From Octopus vulgaris (taxonomy: Eukaryota), in contig OX597814.1 of the NCBI GenBank assembly GCA_951406725.2, positions 113,026,001 through 113,090,000 on the forward strand: DNA of 64,000 nucleotides, read 5' to 3'. This document shows positions 38,515-52,541 of the stretch, in pieces; the first letter of the stretch is position 1; each line of letters begins with the position of its first letter. The notes beneath the pieces are model-generated. The model had not been told where the DNA came from. It worked only from the letters and a program-made list of their open reading frames with translations, and did not search any database. Made by a program: the position numbers and the translations under genes.

Positions 38515-39713
38515 GTAAATTGTGCTTTTGGACAAATTTCTAGTAAACATCAGTTGGTTTGATAGAGAATTTGATGATTGTGAAAGATAAATGAGGTCGT
38601 TCCAGAAAATACATTTTCTTCAATAATGGATGGATTCAGCTTTTCTTTGCAGGTTTTGCTGTTTTCTTTTTCTGTTTGTAATCAAAAGGAGGGGATAAAT
38701 GTTAGCGTTATCTATTTTGGTGATACTTGGACAAGTGAAATAAGCTATTTTATGGCATCTAGAGCTAAATGTCTGGTTTGATCTTAAAGCAAGTAAAATA
38801 TTTCGGCTGGGTATGACCTGTTCAAATTTCAAGCCTTGTGCCTATAGTAGACAAGATTATTTTCAGAAGGCGGCGAACTGGTAGAAACATTAGCATGCCA
38901 GGCGAAATGCTTAACGGTATTTCGTCTGCTGCTACGTTCTGAGTTCAAATTGCGCCAAGGCCAACTTTGCCTTTCATCCTTTTGGGGTCTATTAAATAAG
39001 TACCAGTTACGCACTGGGGTCGATATAATCGACTTAATCCGTTTGTCTGTCCTTGTTTGTCCTCTCTGTGTTTAGCCCCTTGTGAATAATAAAGAAATAG
39101 GTATTTCGTGTGTCTTTACATTCCGAGTTCAAATTCTGTTGAGGTCGACTTTGTCTTTCATCCTTTCAGGGTCGCTAAGTTAACTACTAGTTGTTTACTG
39201 GGGTCAATCTAATCGACTGGTCCCCCACCTCCTCAAAAGTTTTGGGCCCTTTGACTATAGTAGAAAAGAATGATGTCATTGTTTACTTTTAGAATGACAT
39301 TGCAGGAAAGGTGTGAGAGACCAGATATAGCCTGTTTGAATATAAAACTTGCAGAATATATGAACCTGATATTGCTGGTTTAAATGCCAAAGGGGTTAAT
39401 GCTTACTTTACTCCATAACACTCTACTGGGTTGTGTCATATAATGTGGCACTTGTGGAATCGTCTTGAACAGTTTTGATTTCAAATTTTGTCAGTGTTGA
39501 GTTTCGTGTTTCTCTTTCACCAGGGGCTTATGGAAATCCATACCAGTAATTTTAGTCAGAGTTTCCTTCATTTAAGCATGGAAAATGGGGGTGGGGGGTG
39601 TCAAAGGATCCCTGTATCCTTTTTAAAGAAACTCCAAGTTTTGTTTAAACATTTGAAGCTAGCTAAATTTTGAAGTAGTCTGTTTTTTCCCATTCAGTTT
39701 GTGGTTAGTTTTA

Positions 39714-40552
39714 CTGGCAGGATTGCTTAGGTGTTGCCAGCAGGATTGCTAAGGTGTTGTTACTAGGGTGTTACTGGCTGGATTGCTAGGATGTTTCTGG
39801 CAGGATTGCTTAGGTGTTGCTGACAGGATTGCTTGGGTGTTTCTGGCAGGGTTGTTTGGGTGTTGCCAGCAGGATTGCTTGAGTGTTGCCGGCAGGATTA
39901 CTAGGATGTTCCTGGCAGGATTGCTTAGGTGTTGCTGACAGGATTGCTTAGGTGTTGCTGTCAGGATTGCTAAGGTGTTTCTGGCAGGGTTGCTTGGGTG
40001 TTGCCAGTAGGATTGCTTGGGTGTTGCTGGCAGGATTACTAGGATGTTCCTGGCAGGATTGCTTAGGTGTTTCTGGCAGGGTTGCTTGGGTGTTGCCAGC
40101 AGGATTGCTAAGGTGTTGTTAGCAGGATTACTAGGGTGTTACTGGCTGGATTGCTAGGATGTTCCTGGCAGGATTGCTTAGGTGTTGCTGTCAGGATTGC
40201 TTAGGTGTTTCTGGAATGGTTGCTTGGGTTTTGCCGGCAGGATTGCTAAGGTGTTGTTAGCGGGATTACTAGGGTGTTACTGGCTGGATTGCTAGAATGT
40301 TCCTGGCAGGATTGCTTAGGTGTTGCTGTCAGGATTGCTTGGGTGTTGCCGGCAGGACTACTAGGATATTCCTGGCAGGATTGCTAGGATATTACCAGCA
40401 GGATTGCTTATGTGTTGCCATCAGGATTGCTTAGGTGTTTCTAGCAGGATTGCTTAGTTATTGCCGGCAGGATTGCTTAGGTGCTGTCTGGATTGCTTAG
40501 GATATTGTCAGAATTGCTATGATGTTGCTGGCAACACCTTAGTTGCCAGCAA
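39714..40552. repeat. 23-bp minisatellite (CTGGCAGGATTGCTTAGGTGTTG), about 35 diverged copies
   Basis: Directly visible periodicity in CHAF1B intron 11. Confidence 0.92.
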
Positions 40553-41619
40553 ATAAGAAGATTGCTAGGAGTTTTGCAGACTTAATGGATGATCAAGCTG
40601 TCATTGAAACTATTTTCTTATATAAATTTATGGGAGGCTGTGTGAGCCGCTGTTGCTGCTGCTGCTACTGCTACTACTACAATGAAAGATAAGCCAAACT
40701 AGTCTGCCTTTATTTATGAGAGGAGTGTATCAGTCAGATGAACATAATCTTATTTTATATCAACTTGTAACGGAATGAGTTGACTTAGATTTGTACAGAT
40801 TACAGACAGTTATTGATCTTTTGTAGTAGTAGTAGTAATAATGATGGTTTCAAATTTTGGCAGAAGTTGATTACATTGTCCCCAGTACTCAACTGGTACT
40901 TATTTTATCAACCCCGAAAGGTTGAAAGGCAAAGTTGACCTTGGTGGAATTTGAACTCAGAACGTAGACAGAAGAAATGCTGCTAAGCATTTTGCCTGGA
41001 ATGCTAACCACCTTAATCATAATATTAATAATAATAATAATAATAATCATCATCGTTTAACATCTGCTTTCCTTGCTAGCATGGGTTGGACGATTTGACT
41101 GAGGACTGGTGAACCAGATGGCTGCACAAGGCTCCAATCTGATTTGGCAGACTTTCTACAGCTGGATGCCCTTCCTAACGTCAACCACTCTGAGAGTGTA
41201 GTGGCTGCTTCTATGTACCACCAACATGAAGGCCAGTCTGGTGGTACAGGCAATGGTTACACTCAAATGGTGTTTTTTTACGTGCCACCTGCACAAGAAC
41301 CAGTCCAGTGGCACTGGCAATGACCTCGCTCGAATGTTTTTCACGTGTCCCTGGCACAAGTGCCAGTAAATAATTAATCTTTTCTACTCTAGGCCAGAAA
41401 TTTTTGGGTAGGGGACCAGTTGACTAGATCGACCCCAGTACGCAACTGGCACTTAATTTATCAACCCGAAAAGATGAAAGGCAAAGTCGACCTTGGCAGA
41501 ATTTGAACTCAGAATGTAAAGACACAAAATGCCGCTAAGCATTTTGCCCGGTGTGCTAATAGTTCTGTCAGCTTGCTGCCGTATAATGATCATAATTATG
41601 ATAATAATTATAATAATGA

Positions 41620-42390
41620 AAGATGGGCTACAGCCAGTATTCTGCTCAATACCACAGATTTGTTTGTCAATTGTTTGACCTTAACCAGTTGAGCATGTCC
41701 CTTGGTGGCTGACGATATGTGCATCTCTGATCACGAGCAGAAGTAGTGGTGTACCATCATAACCATGTGTTGAGAGAAATTCTTTGGGATTTGGATAATT
41801 CACCTTTGGAAACATAGATATTTCGTTCAACATCCTTAAACAACCTTTATTCAGGGACCTTTTGAGCCGGATGGGCCACTCGACCTGAAGAAAATTCTAA
41901 CTGGGCCCCCACCTGCAAGGTCATGCACTATTTATCTTGATATGAGATCACCCTGTTGCACACATATGGTTGTGATGCATGTATCTGGTGTACCCTTATC
42001 ACACAGGTGGTCATGATGGGTATATTGGGCTTCGTATATTTGTACCCCAGTGTCACTTTGATAGCATGCACTACTCTCTCACTCAACAGCAATAATAATC
42101 ATTTCCATTCGATTACGTGGACGGCCCAGCTACAGCTGTCTTGATACTCAAACTGTGTAATAGTGATGCGGAATTGTAGAGTGGTGTGGTTATATTAAAG
42201 TGCAGCATGGTGTATGGAGAGTGTAGAGATCACCATGTCACGCACATATGGTCGTGATGCATGTACTTGGTGTACCCTTATCAGACAGGTAGTCATGATG
42301 GGTATATTGGGCTTTGTATATTTTTACCCCAGTGTCACTTTGATGGCATGCACTGCTCTCTCACTCAATAATAATAATAATAATAATTAT
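41620..42390 (+). mobile_element. Unclassified retroelement 3' end with (TAA)n tail and a duplicated terminal ~150 bp
   Basis: 41944-42100 is repeated at 42226-42390; both end CTCTCTCACTCAA(TAA)n. Confidence 0.5.
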
Positions 42391-42775
42391 AATCATCATA
42401 ATCGTCATCATTTGACATCCGTTTTCCATGCTAGCATGGGTTGGACAGTTCGACTGGGGTCTGGGAAGCCAGGAGGCTGCATCAGGCTCCAGTCTGATCT
42501 GGCAGAGTTTCTACAGCTGGATGCCCTTCCTAACGCCAACCACTTCGAGAGTGTAGTGGGTGCTTTTTACGTGCCACTGGCGAGGCTGGCAACGACCACG
42601 ATCGGTTGGTGCCAGTCAAGCTGGCATCGGCTACGTTCGGATGGTGCTTTTTATGTACCACCAGCACAGGGATCACAACTACAATTTCCATTGATTTTTG
42701 ATGTTGATGTACTTGACTCAATAATACTTGACTAATAATAATAATTGTTTTGTTTTGTTTTGTTCTCTGTTTCAG

Positions 42776-43210
42776 AATCAATCATTGATTGCTCCAAGTG
42801 AAATTGATACAAGTAGTACAGACTTCAGCCTGATTTTAGAAACATCGTGTGATGCTTCATATAAAACCAACACCACTAATTCTACAGCACTGGCCAAATC
42901 TAAGACCAATGGTTCCTCCACTACTGATGTTTCCATCAAACCTAGCTCAAATGTAACTTCAAGATCTCCAAACACAAAAGTGACACCAAACAGGGAAAAC
43001 GGTAAACTCAAGAAGCAGGAAGAAACTACATTGATGAGTTTAGGGTCTCCTTCTAATTTTATATCTTCTCAAAGTAACTCTTCTTCTTCAGCTACCGATT
43101 CTAGTCCTGCTGTGAGTAAACTGCCAAATTTCATTGGTTCCCCGAACCAGGTTGAGAAGCCTAAGAGGCGGATCCAGTTTACTACATTGTCTCTCCTGAA
43201 TCCAAAGTAA
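42776..43210 (+). CDS. CHAF1B: CHAF1B last coding exon: Ser/Thr-rich tail ending in ASF1-binding B-domain-like KPKRRIQFTTLS, TAA
   Basis: tttcag|AAT, phase 0, 435 nt open to the stop. RRIxxTxL B-domain motif as in p60/HIRA. AATAAA at about 43381. Confidence 0.88.
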   Translation, partial: NQSLIAPSEIDTSSTDFSLILETSCDASYKTNTTNSTALAKSKTNGSSTTDVSIKPSSNVTSRSPNTKVTPNRENGKLKKQEETTLMSLGSPSNFISSQSNSSSSATDSSPAVSKLPNFIGSPNQVEKPKRRIQFTTLSLLNPK

Positions 43211-43477
43211 ATTCTGTTGACTTCCAACCTAGTCTTCTGTGTATAATAATAATATAATAATAATAACAATAATAATAATAATGATTTCTTTTGTTTGCCA
43301 CCAGAGTGAAGGATGAGGTGGGAGGCGCATAAAGTGTGGAGATTTACATACAGTGATATCATCATAAACATATTAAAAAAAATAAAAATAAAAAAAAAAT
43401 TCTAAATTTTGACACATGGCTTGAAATTTTTGGAGTGGAGGCTAGGTGATCACATTGATCAGAAAACTGATCTGGTT

Positions 43478-43890
43478 AATAATAATAATAATAATAATAA
43501 TAGTAATAATAGTAATAATAATAACAGCATTTAAATGGCCATATCTGGCCTAAATTTTTTACTTATTTCAAGTTCAAACAGGCCAGATCCAGGCTCTCAC
43601 ACCCATCCCACAATTACATAATTACAAAACTGATCTGGTTAATAATAATAATAATAATAATAATAATGATGATGATAATAGTAATGATAATAATACTAAT
43701 AGTAATGATAATAATAATAATGATGATGATAATAGTAATGATAATAATACTAATAGTAATGATAATAATAATAATAATGATAATAATAATAATAATAATA
43801 ATAGTTATGATACTACTAATAATAATAATAATGATAATAATAATGTTATAATAATAGTAATGATAATAATAATAATAATAGTAATAATAA
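43478..43890. repeat. (AAT/GAT/AGT)n trinucleotide tracts downstream of the CHAF1B stop
   Basis: Directly visible. Confidence 0.9.
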
Positions 43891-43953
43891 AGTCAACAAC
43901 AAGGATGGTAATGATATTTTCTCCTTTATTTGTGGCACTAGGGAACCAATCTG

Positions 43954-44179
43954 TTAACCCTTCAGCATTTAAATGGCCATGTCTGGCCCAAATTTTCTAC
44001 TTATTTCAAGTTCAAACAGGCCAGATCCAGGCTCTCACACCCATCCCACAATTACATTCTAGAAATAACAATCACATAATTAAAATCAAAAAGCCACAAG
44101 ATGATGCTTGATTAATTCAAAACCATATGAATGATTAAGCATTATATCTGACAATGCAGTCTGTATACTAAAGGGTTAA
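43954..44179 (+). mobile_element. piggyBac-like MITE
   Basis: TTAA|CCCTTCAGCAT...ATACTAAAGGG|TTAA. Related copies at about 8455-8885 (split), 11335-11558 and 39280-39399. Confidence 0.7.
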
Positions 44180-44490
44180 TCTGACTACTAAAGGGTTATT
44201 GGTGTTTCACCTTATCTTTTTTACTAGACTCCTGTTGAAATACACTGAATTTGTTTCAATTAATTTTATAAATGAATTTAGTGTATGGTAAATTTTGTCG
44301 TTTTTCAGCAGGTGCTTTAAAACATGAATTAAACATGATACATTCTGATGAAATATTTTACTTTAAAACGCAGTTTGCATTACAGAACCTGGGATAGTCA
44401 TAGACAGGTAGGCCTGGGAAAAAAGGTTAAGTTAACCCATTAAGTCTCAGAGTACTTAAATTTATGAATATTACTTTTAAATTTTGACAT

Positions 44491-44890
44491 AGGTGCAGGA
44501 GTGGTTGTGTGGTAAGTAGCTTGCTTACCAACCACATGGTTCTGGGTTCAGTCCCACTGCATGGCACCTTGGGCAAGTGTCCTCTACTATAGCCTCGGGC
44601 TAACCAAAGCCTTGTGAGTGGATTTGGTAGATGGAAACAGAAAGAAGCCCATCGTATATATGTGTGTGTGTGTGTGCGTATGTAGATGTTTGTGTGTCTG
44701 TTTGTCCCACCCAACATCGCTTGACAGTGGACGCTAGTGTGTTTACGTCCCCGTCACTTAGTGGTTTGGCAAAAGAAGCTTACAATAAGTACTAGGCTTA
44801 CAAAGAATAAGTCCTGGAGTCGATTTGCTCGACTAAAGGCGGTGCTCCAGCATGGCCGCAGTCAAATGACTGAAACAAATAAAAGGATAG
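44491..44890 (+). mobile_element. tRNA-derived CORE-like SINE (family A) with internal microsatellite
   Basis: A box TGGTTGTGTGG, B box GGTTCAGTCCC, CORE-like ACCTTGGGCAAGT, internal (TA/TG)n. Copies at about 15.75(-), 19.62(+), 26.09(+), 37.40(-), 49.69(+), 57.15(-), 62.17(-) kb. Confidence 0.8.
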
Positions 44891-46368
44891 AAAATAAAAA
44901 AAAAATGATTGAAAATAGGTTAAAATGAAAAAAAAATTATTAAAACTTCCTTCAAGTAGAAATGGAAATACTCCGTGTCCTATAAATAGGACACTGATAC
45001 AATGTGATATAGCTTATTTAATGTTCTCATTTAGTGTCCTATTTACAGGACAGTGGGACTTAATGGGTTAATTATGACTTGAGAATTGAATTTTTAAAAT
45101 TGCCTTCAAATTATCTCCCCTTTTCTTTGTGAGTCCCTCATCATTGCTATAAGCTTTTTTTGTTTTCTGCCTCTAATTATGGCTGGAAATCTCAATTCAT
45201 TTAAGAGTTCTTTGAATATGTCAGTATTCTTTGAATAAAGTACTATAAGGATTCCCTTATGCAGCCACAGGTACGGGTGTGTGGTTAGGAAGTTGTTTCC
45301 TGACCATGTGCTTCTGGCTTCCGTCTTGCTGCAGGGCACCTTGGGTAGATATTTTCTATTAAAGCCTCGAGCCAACCAATGCCTTGTGTGTGGACTTGGT
45401 AGGTGGAAACTGAAAGAAGCTTATATCTGTAATGTATGTGTGTTAGTGTCTCCTTGTGCATGACATTTGGGAAATATTATTACCTTGGTTGAAAACAGGT
45501 GAGGATTGGTAACAAGAAGGGCATCCATTTGCAAAAAATTTGCCTTAATTTCTGCCCAACCCATGCAAACATGAAAAAGTGGACATTAAATGATGATATA
45601 TTTCATCGTTTTTAATGTTACCTTTTCTATCACTGCATGGGTCAGACAATTTGTTGAGGCAGATTTTCCACAGACTGATGCCCTTTTTAGTACAGCCCAG
45701 AAAGAAATTGACAGATTAAGGAACAAATAACATCTCAGAAAATTTAAGTTTCCCCATTACAGTATATACATGTCTTAAATCAGTCAATGTTCTCGATGTT
45801 ACCCTTGACTTAGAATCTGGTAAAAGAAAATGAAAAACCTGGTATATGCACAGGCAATTCAACCATCCTAAAAGTATAATTAAATACCTAGTAATGAGCA
45901 TATTTCTAAGACTTTTTTTTATATTTTCCAACAGAAATATAGTCATTGAAATAAGTCCATATAGCGAAACTCTTAATAACAGTGGTTACTGGGAAAAAAG
46001 TACATTACATAAATAGCAACACACCCGCAATAAACAAAAAGCAGAAATAGGGAAAAAAAAATTTCTGGTTCTTTTTCTTCTTCAACATGCAAGTCTCTAC
46101 ACCTTAAATCAAATTATTTTTCAGAATACTACTTAAACACTTCCACCCAACCACAAATACCAGGAAGTAATAAACACAGTATAAAAATCTTATACTTCAC
46201 AACTTAAAGACAAACTGTAGTCATTGATAACCATCTAAAAGTTTTGCAATATGGAAAGCAAAACCACTCACATAACAACAGCAGTTGTAATTTCATCCTG
46301 CCCTTTAAATGGAAATCGCAAGTAATATTAACTATTGTGCAACTATAACCATGAACATTACAATACCA

Positions 46369-46826
46369 GTAGAAGAAAATATGACCAAAAATTGCATGTA
46401 CTCTATCCCATGCAGCTGTGGTAGGTTATACAAAGGTGAAACATGCTGCCCCCTCAAAATAAGGGTAGAGGAACATTGCAAAGCTGTGACATGAAGAGAT
46501 ATTGATAAATCAGGTATAGTTGATCATGTATGGAAAAATGGAAACCACCTCCCTCTGTGGGTTGAAGTTAAAATAATAGACAGAGAACACCACTGGAAAA
46601 TACGGAAACTGAAAGAAGCTGCACATATGCTGGGACACAACAACCTCCTAAGCAGACTGAGTGCAGATATGAGTAGCATATGGGAACCGGTATTAAGGAA
46701 GGATAGGAAAATATTAGATTTATAAGCCCTAAAATTCATTCTATAATTGCCCACTGGGGATATGGCGTAGTGGTTAACAGCGTGGGCTACTAACCCCAAG
46801 ATTCCGAGTTTGATTTGAGGCAGTGA

Positions 46827-46858
<32 letters not shown>

Positions 46859-47020
46859 TGGAAAAAATACCTGAGGAATGAGAACCCAGGTTTGAAATTT
46901 TCCCAAGATGAAGGCTGGAGGGTATATCAGCCGAAATGTGTTAACAACAAACAAGATGAGGACAAATATCCGTCAAATGTAAATAATGTAAATAATTCTT
47001 CATCTCTTAAATATAGAACT
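46369..47020 (+). mobile_element. 5'-truncated Penelope-like element (GIY-YIG remnant + terminal repeat)
   Basis: CMYSIPCSCGRLYKGETCCPLKIRVEEH, then the tRNA-like head at about 46756 and the unit end TATAGAACT. TSD ATTACAATACCA at 46357-46368 and 47021-47032. Confidence 0.88.
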
Positions 47021-48349
47021 ATTACAATACCAACTACATCCACATATATAAGGTCAACAGCAGACCAGTTCAAGACTACCATAATATAACCAACACATTT
47101 TGCAACTCAAACAGAATACTTCACTAACTAAACATGTATGGACACTAAAACAATATCTCATTTTGCATTATTGTCTCACTCACAACCATACCAAGGAAAT
47201 ATGAAAACTTACCAACCCTCTTCCAATGGATCTCACCATGTTATTTTGGACCCAAATACTGAACCACAACTCTGAATTAGTCTCTTCCTGCAAACACAAA
47301 AATCCTCAAAACTCTGAGAGGCTTGGACATGTTTTGAGAATACAGGCCGCATGAGACTAAAGGTGGGCCACGAGAGACATGGCTCATCATTAGGTGGGTG
47401 AGCTATTAATAATAGCCAGAATAATTGCTTGCTAGGTATGCCATTCAGAAAGGCTTGCAAGCTGCTTTTTGCCCATGTCTGCTCTAAAACATTTCAAATG
47501 AAGAGATTTTTCTGAAGAGTAAATATGACGCTTGTGTGGCTGTGTGCTAAGAAGCTTGTTTCACAACCATCTGGTTCTGAGTTCAAAACCACTACGTGGC
47601 ACCTTGGATAAAGTGTTTTCTACTATATCCCCGGGCCGACCAAAGCCTTGTGTAGATAGAAACTGAAAGAAGCCCATCGTGTGCGTGTTTGTTCCTTACT
47701 GCTTGACAACCAGTGTTGGTATGTTTACGTCCTTGTACCTTTTTGGTTCGGCAAAAGATATTGATAGAATAAATACCGGTCAAAGAGCTCTTCGTTACAG
47801 GACACCTACCCCTGCCCCTCTACATTTCCAGGCTCTCATCGTCTTGGCATAAAGTCATCCTTCACTGCTACCCCTCCTCCCAGCTGAAGAGGGTTTTGTC
47901 TTGCGAGTTACTTTGTGACTCGATCGATGCTGGTGCCATTGCAGAAAACGCTGGTGCCATGCAAAAAGCACTGGTGATAGTGCCACGTAAAAAGCACTTG
48001 GTCCACTCTGTAAGGTTGTTGGCATTAGGAAGGGCATCCAGCTGTAGAAACCATGCCAAAACATACTGGAGCCTGGTGCTGCTCCCGGCCTTACCTGTCA
48101 AACCGCTCAATTCATGCCAGCATAGGAAACGGACGTTAAATGATGGTGATGATGATTGTATAACTAGAGCGAACTGCCTTATTTTATAGTAAACGATCTT
48201 ATGCTACAGTAAATTGATTAATAGTATAGTGAACTGCCTTATACCATTATAAACTGCATTATACTGTAGTATACCATCAGTAACTGCCTTATACTTTTAC
48301 TAACTTCTTTATATTGACTAGTAAAAACGTTTTATTCTGAAGTAAACTC

Positions 48350-49200
48350 ATTATCATCATCGTTTAACGTCCGTTTTCTATTCTGGCATGGGTTGGACTG
48401 TTTGACTGAAGGCTGGCGAGCCAGAAGGCTGCATCAGGCTCCAATCTGATTTGGCAAGGTTTCTACAGCTGGATGCCCTTCCTAACACCAACCACTCCGA
48501 GAGTGTAAAGGGTGTGTTTTACATTCTACCGGCACAGATGCCAGTCAGGCGGCACTGGCATCGGCCACGTTCAGATGGTGTTTTTTACGTGCTACCGTCA
48601 CAGGAGCCAGTCGGGGCAGGGGGCTGGCATCGACTACGTTCGGATGGTGTTTTGTACGTGTCACCGGCACGGGAGCCAGTGCGACGGCACTAGCATCGGC
48701 CACGTTCGGATGGTACTTTTTACGTGTTACCGGCATAGGAGCCAGTCGGGGCGCGGGGCTGGCATCGACCATGCTCGGATGGTGCTTTTTACGTGTCACC
48801 GGCACGGGGAGCCAGTGAGGCGGCACTGGCAACGACTCATGCATGAATGGTGCTTATTGCGTGCCACCAGCTTGACAGCCAGTCTGGCGGCACTGGCATC
48901 TGTCACAACTATAATTTCTACTTTTTATTGTGATTTGATTTTTGATTTTACTTGACTCAAACACGGCGTATCGCCCGACGATTCGAAGGTACTTTTTAAA
49001 TGGGCTGGTTAATCAGACACTGGTATAGGCTACGACTGTGATCTCACTTTACTTTCTGGGTCTTCACAATCACAGTATACCTCCAGAGGTCTCGATCTCT
49101 TGTCATTGCCTCTGTGAGGCCCAACGTTTCAAGGTCGTGCTTCACCCTCTCATCCCATGTCTTCCTGGGTCTCCCTCTTCCACGGGTCTCCCGCTTCCAC
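48350..49200 (-). mobile_element. RTE LINE 3' fragment with tandem ~58-bp 3' UTR units
   Basis: ORF end (RGRPRKTWDE) at about 49150, several GGTGCTTTTTACGTG units, (CAT)n tail at 48350. It splits a ~21-bp TAGTAAACTGCCTTATAC repeat (48165-48345 / 49220-49310). Confidence 0.85.
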
Positions 49201-49641
49201 GGGTTCTTTGTTTCATATTAATTGTAAACGGCCATATACTATAAGAAAGCCGACTTATAGTATAAAGTTCTGCGTTATAATGCAGTAAACTGCCTTATAC
49301 TATAGATTAGATTATGAAGTGTTCGTTGTGAATTGAGGAAAAGGCTACTACGGTACTGAGTAGAAAGACGTGTTTAAAAAAAAACACTAAGTTAGGGGGG
49401 CGAGCTTGGCAGAACCGTTAGCACGCCGGGCGAAATGCTTAGCGGTATTTCGTCTGTCTTTACATTCTGAGTTCAAATTCTGCCGTGGTCACTTTTGCCT
49501 TTCATTTTTTCGGGGTCGATAAATTAAGTACCAGTTGCGTACTGGGGTCGATGTGATCGATTACCTCCCCCAAAATTTCGGGCCTTGTGCCTAGAGTAGA
49601 AAAAAAACAAAAACAAAAAAAAACATGAGGTTGCAATAAGT

Positions 49642-49683
<42 letters not shown>

Positions 49684-50377
49684 CACCCGTGGCTGTGTGG
49701 TAAGAAGTTTGCTTCCCTACCACATGGTTTCGGGTTCAGTCCCATTGCATGGCACTTTGCGCAAGTGTATTCTACTATAAACTTGGACTGATCAAAACCT
49801 TGTGAGTGGATTTGGTAGACGGAAACACACACACATCTGTATTTTTGTGTCTGTCATCACCTCTGGACAACTGGTGTTGATGGTGATGTGTTTACGTCCC
49901 CCGTAACGTAGCAGTTCGGCAAAAAACCCGATAAAATACCAGGCTTAAAAAATGAGTGAGGCATTCATTTGACTAAAAGTTCCTCAAGGTGGCGCTCCCA
50001 CATGGTCTCAGTCAACTGAAACATGTAAAAGATTGTGTGTGTTAATATGAATGCATCGTAATTTCAATCAGTGATTTGTTTGTCAGACGGTGGTGGTAGC
50101 AGGAGGGGACAAAGTGAATTTATTGTTTTATCAGATAAGCGACATGGGATTATTGGGTTTTGGGGGCTCTAAAGATTTAAGGGATTTAGAGCCTCGGATC
50201 AGCTCGTCCACTGCCGCTGGCGTTAAATGTCAGCTCATTGTGGTTTGTGTGTATAACTGTATGAAACAAACTACTTATATGAGATTACTTTGATTAACTC
50301 ATTTAAAATACGTAAATATTTAGAAATAAGTTTAATACTTGACAAGAATAACGGAAACACAAGCGAAACAACAACGT

Positions 50378-50397
50378 TATATATATCTCTATATATA

Positions 50398-50491
<94 letters not shown>

Positions 50492-50528
50492 ATATATATA
50501 TATGTATGCATGTATGTGTGTGTGTGTG

Positions 50529-50568
<40 letters not shown>

Positions 50569-50582
50569 TATGTATGCATGTA

Positions 50583-50629
<47 letters not shown>

Positions 50630-51002
50630 GTATATATATATATGTATGCATGCATGTGTGTATATATATATATGTATGAATGCATGTATGTGTGTGTATA
50701 TATATATGTATGTATGTGTGTGTATATATATATGTATGTGTGTGTATATATATATATATATGTATGTATGCATGTATATGTGTGTATATATATATGTATA
50801 TAAGTATGTATGCATGTATGTGTGTGTATATATATATATATGTATATATGTATGCATGTGTGTATATATATATATGTATGTATGTGTGTATATATATATA
50901 TGCATGTATGTATGTATGTATGCATGTGTGTATATATATATGCATGTATGTGTGTGTATATATATGTATGCGTGTATGTGTGTGTATATATATGTATGCG
51001 TG

Positions 51003-51044
<42 letters not shown>

Positions 51045-51060
51045 TGCATGTATGTATATA
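50378..51060. repeat. Compound (TA)/(TG) microsatellite
   Basis: Directly visible. Confidence 0.95.
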
Positions 51061-51319
51061 ACACGCCAATAATGTAGGCAAAATGCACACTGACATATCC
51101 ACACCTAACTAACGTTAACAAGGAATCAATGCGTAAAGAAATGATTGCTTTTAAAAAGTTAATTAAAATGTTTTATAAATTAAAGATTAGTTGATTATGC
51201 CAAAGCTGAAATTTTGTAAGCTCTATTTTTTATTGTTTTTTTTTTTTAATATTTAATCTTGTCAAACGTAGGCGCAGGCGTGGCTGCGTGGTAACAAGTT
51301 TGCTTTCCGGCCACATGGA

Positions 51320-51900
51320 TCCGTAAAAAGACAACACCCTTCCAATCCGACCTAATTGAAACGTAACCTTTTTAGGGCGAAGTTCTGCTCTGGAGGCTGT
51401 TTCTGGTGATTCGCAGCGCTTCACCCACGATCGTTTGCATTTCACATTGTTATAGACGATCCATATATTCGTCCTTTGTCACCATTTTCTTCAAAAAAAG
51501 GATAGTTTCCTTCACGTTTCTGCAACGAATTTCTGATGGAAATCCGTTAGGTGGGGGTTAGTCTCATTCAGTTATGTGGAGCCAAAACATTGACCCTGCT
51601 GACTTAACCAAATTGATGATGCTGGTTTTCAGCGCTGGGTTTGGATATTTGGGGATCATCCGAGTCGTATCACGGGGTTTTGTGTTGCTGTTAAATCTCA
51701 GTTGACCAGCCAGATCGAGATGCATCTTTCCTGATCGAATTTCTCGATCGAAATCTTGAAAATCATTTCTGACACACTTGTTTTGTAACAGCATCCTCTC
51801 CTTACACGGTGCATATCTTCCTGCAAATTTCCATCGCTTTCTTGTCTTTGTTATGAAAAACAAAAAAAGAAAAAGCATGTGGGGTCGATTATGTTGGTCT
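51320..51900 (-). pseudogene. Older, heavily decayed mariner transposase remnant
   Basis: Reverse strand gives FLKKMVTKDE (RIVTGDEK-like) and a KRSWVKR..SP segment; many indels. Confidence 0.55.
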
Positions 51901-52035
51901 TGGCTCTCCATTTTCAGGATGATCCCAACTACACAAATTGCAATGTTTCTCGTCGCAAGTTCGCGTCGAACCACGTCGAAGTGTCAAATATCTAAATATT
52001 GCACATTTGCACAAGGAACAGACTGAAGCTACTAA

Positions 52036-52422
52036 TTAGCAGTATAGCCCAGTGTTGCTCGGGCTTGTTTTCTTTTCGGCCCTTTAGAATTGGAATTTTT
52101 GAAAAGTAAAAATTTTGCATTATGTAGCTTGTTATTGTCTTTAAGTGAACATTTTCCTGGTTGAAATACACCGAAAAATGGACTCAGCAGTCAAAAATCG
52201 TAAAAAATAGGGATTTTCATAGAAAAAAGCACCTTTTTGATGTAAATAATTTTTGGTGTTAACATGGTCCGATTTGAATTTGTTCTTCTACAGAATGACG
52301 AGCAAGCCTTCTTCTATCATATTTTGGTCAACTTGTGCCGCAGGGTCTCGGAGGAGATAGTGTTAGTTGAAGGCTACCAAACCTGCCATACACAGACAAC
52401 CTCAGCTTTATATATAGAGAGA
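52036..52422 (-). mobile_element. Non-autonomous Helitron, second copy
   Basis: Colinear with 23088-23433, plus an internal ~45-bp segment. Confidence 0.72.
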
Positions 52423-52541
52423 TTAGAGTGCTGTTGAGTATTCCACAGACTCGCGTACCATTAAAGCAATCCACTCGAATCTGTTCTCACAATGTGACAA
52501 GGGTGGACATTTTGAATTATACAGTAGAGAAAGATTATATA

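Noticed and set aside
39714-40552. CRISPR-like appearance of short repeats (also the RTE 58-bp units)
   Set aside because: Contiguous diverged units with no unique spacers, eukaryotic intron context, no cas genes.
42214-42735. Recurrent short ORFs with FLQLDALPNANHS or LALGRASSCRN
   Set aside because: Read-through of the non-coding RTE 3' UTR in either orientation; not a protein family.
7592-43210. HIRA as alternative identity of the WD40 gene
   Set aside because: The N-terminus, FHDD..SFFRRL and LPYR..YDTQ motifs, ~635-aa length and terminal B-domain fit CAF-1 p60; no HIRA C-terminal domain.
43666-43851. Hydrophobic poly-Ile/Met ORF resembling a membrane peptide
   Set aside because: Translation of an (AAT/GAT)n microsatellite.
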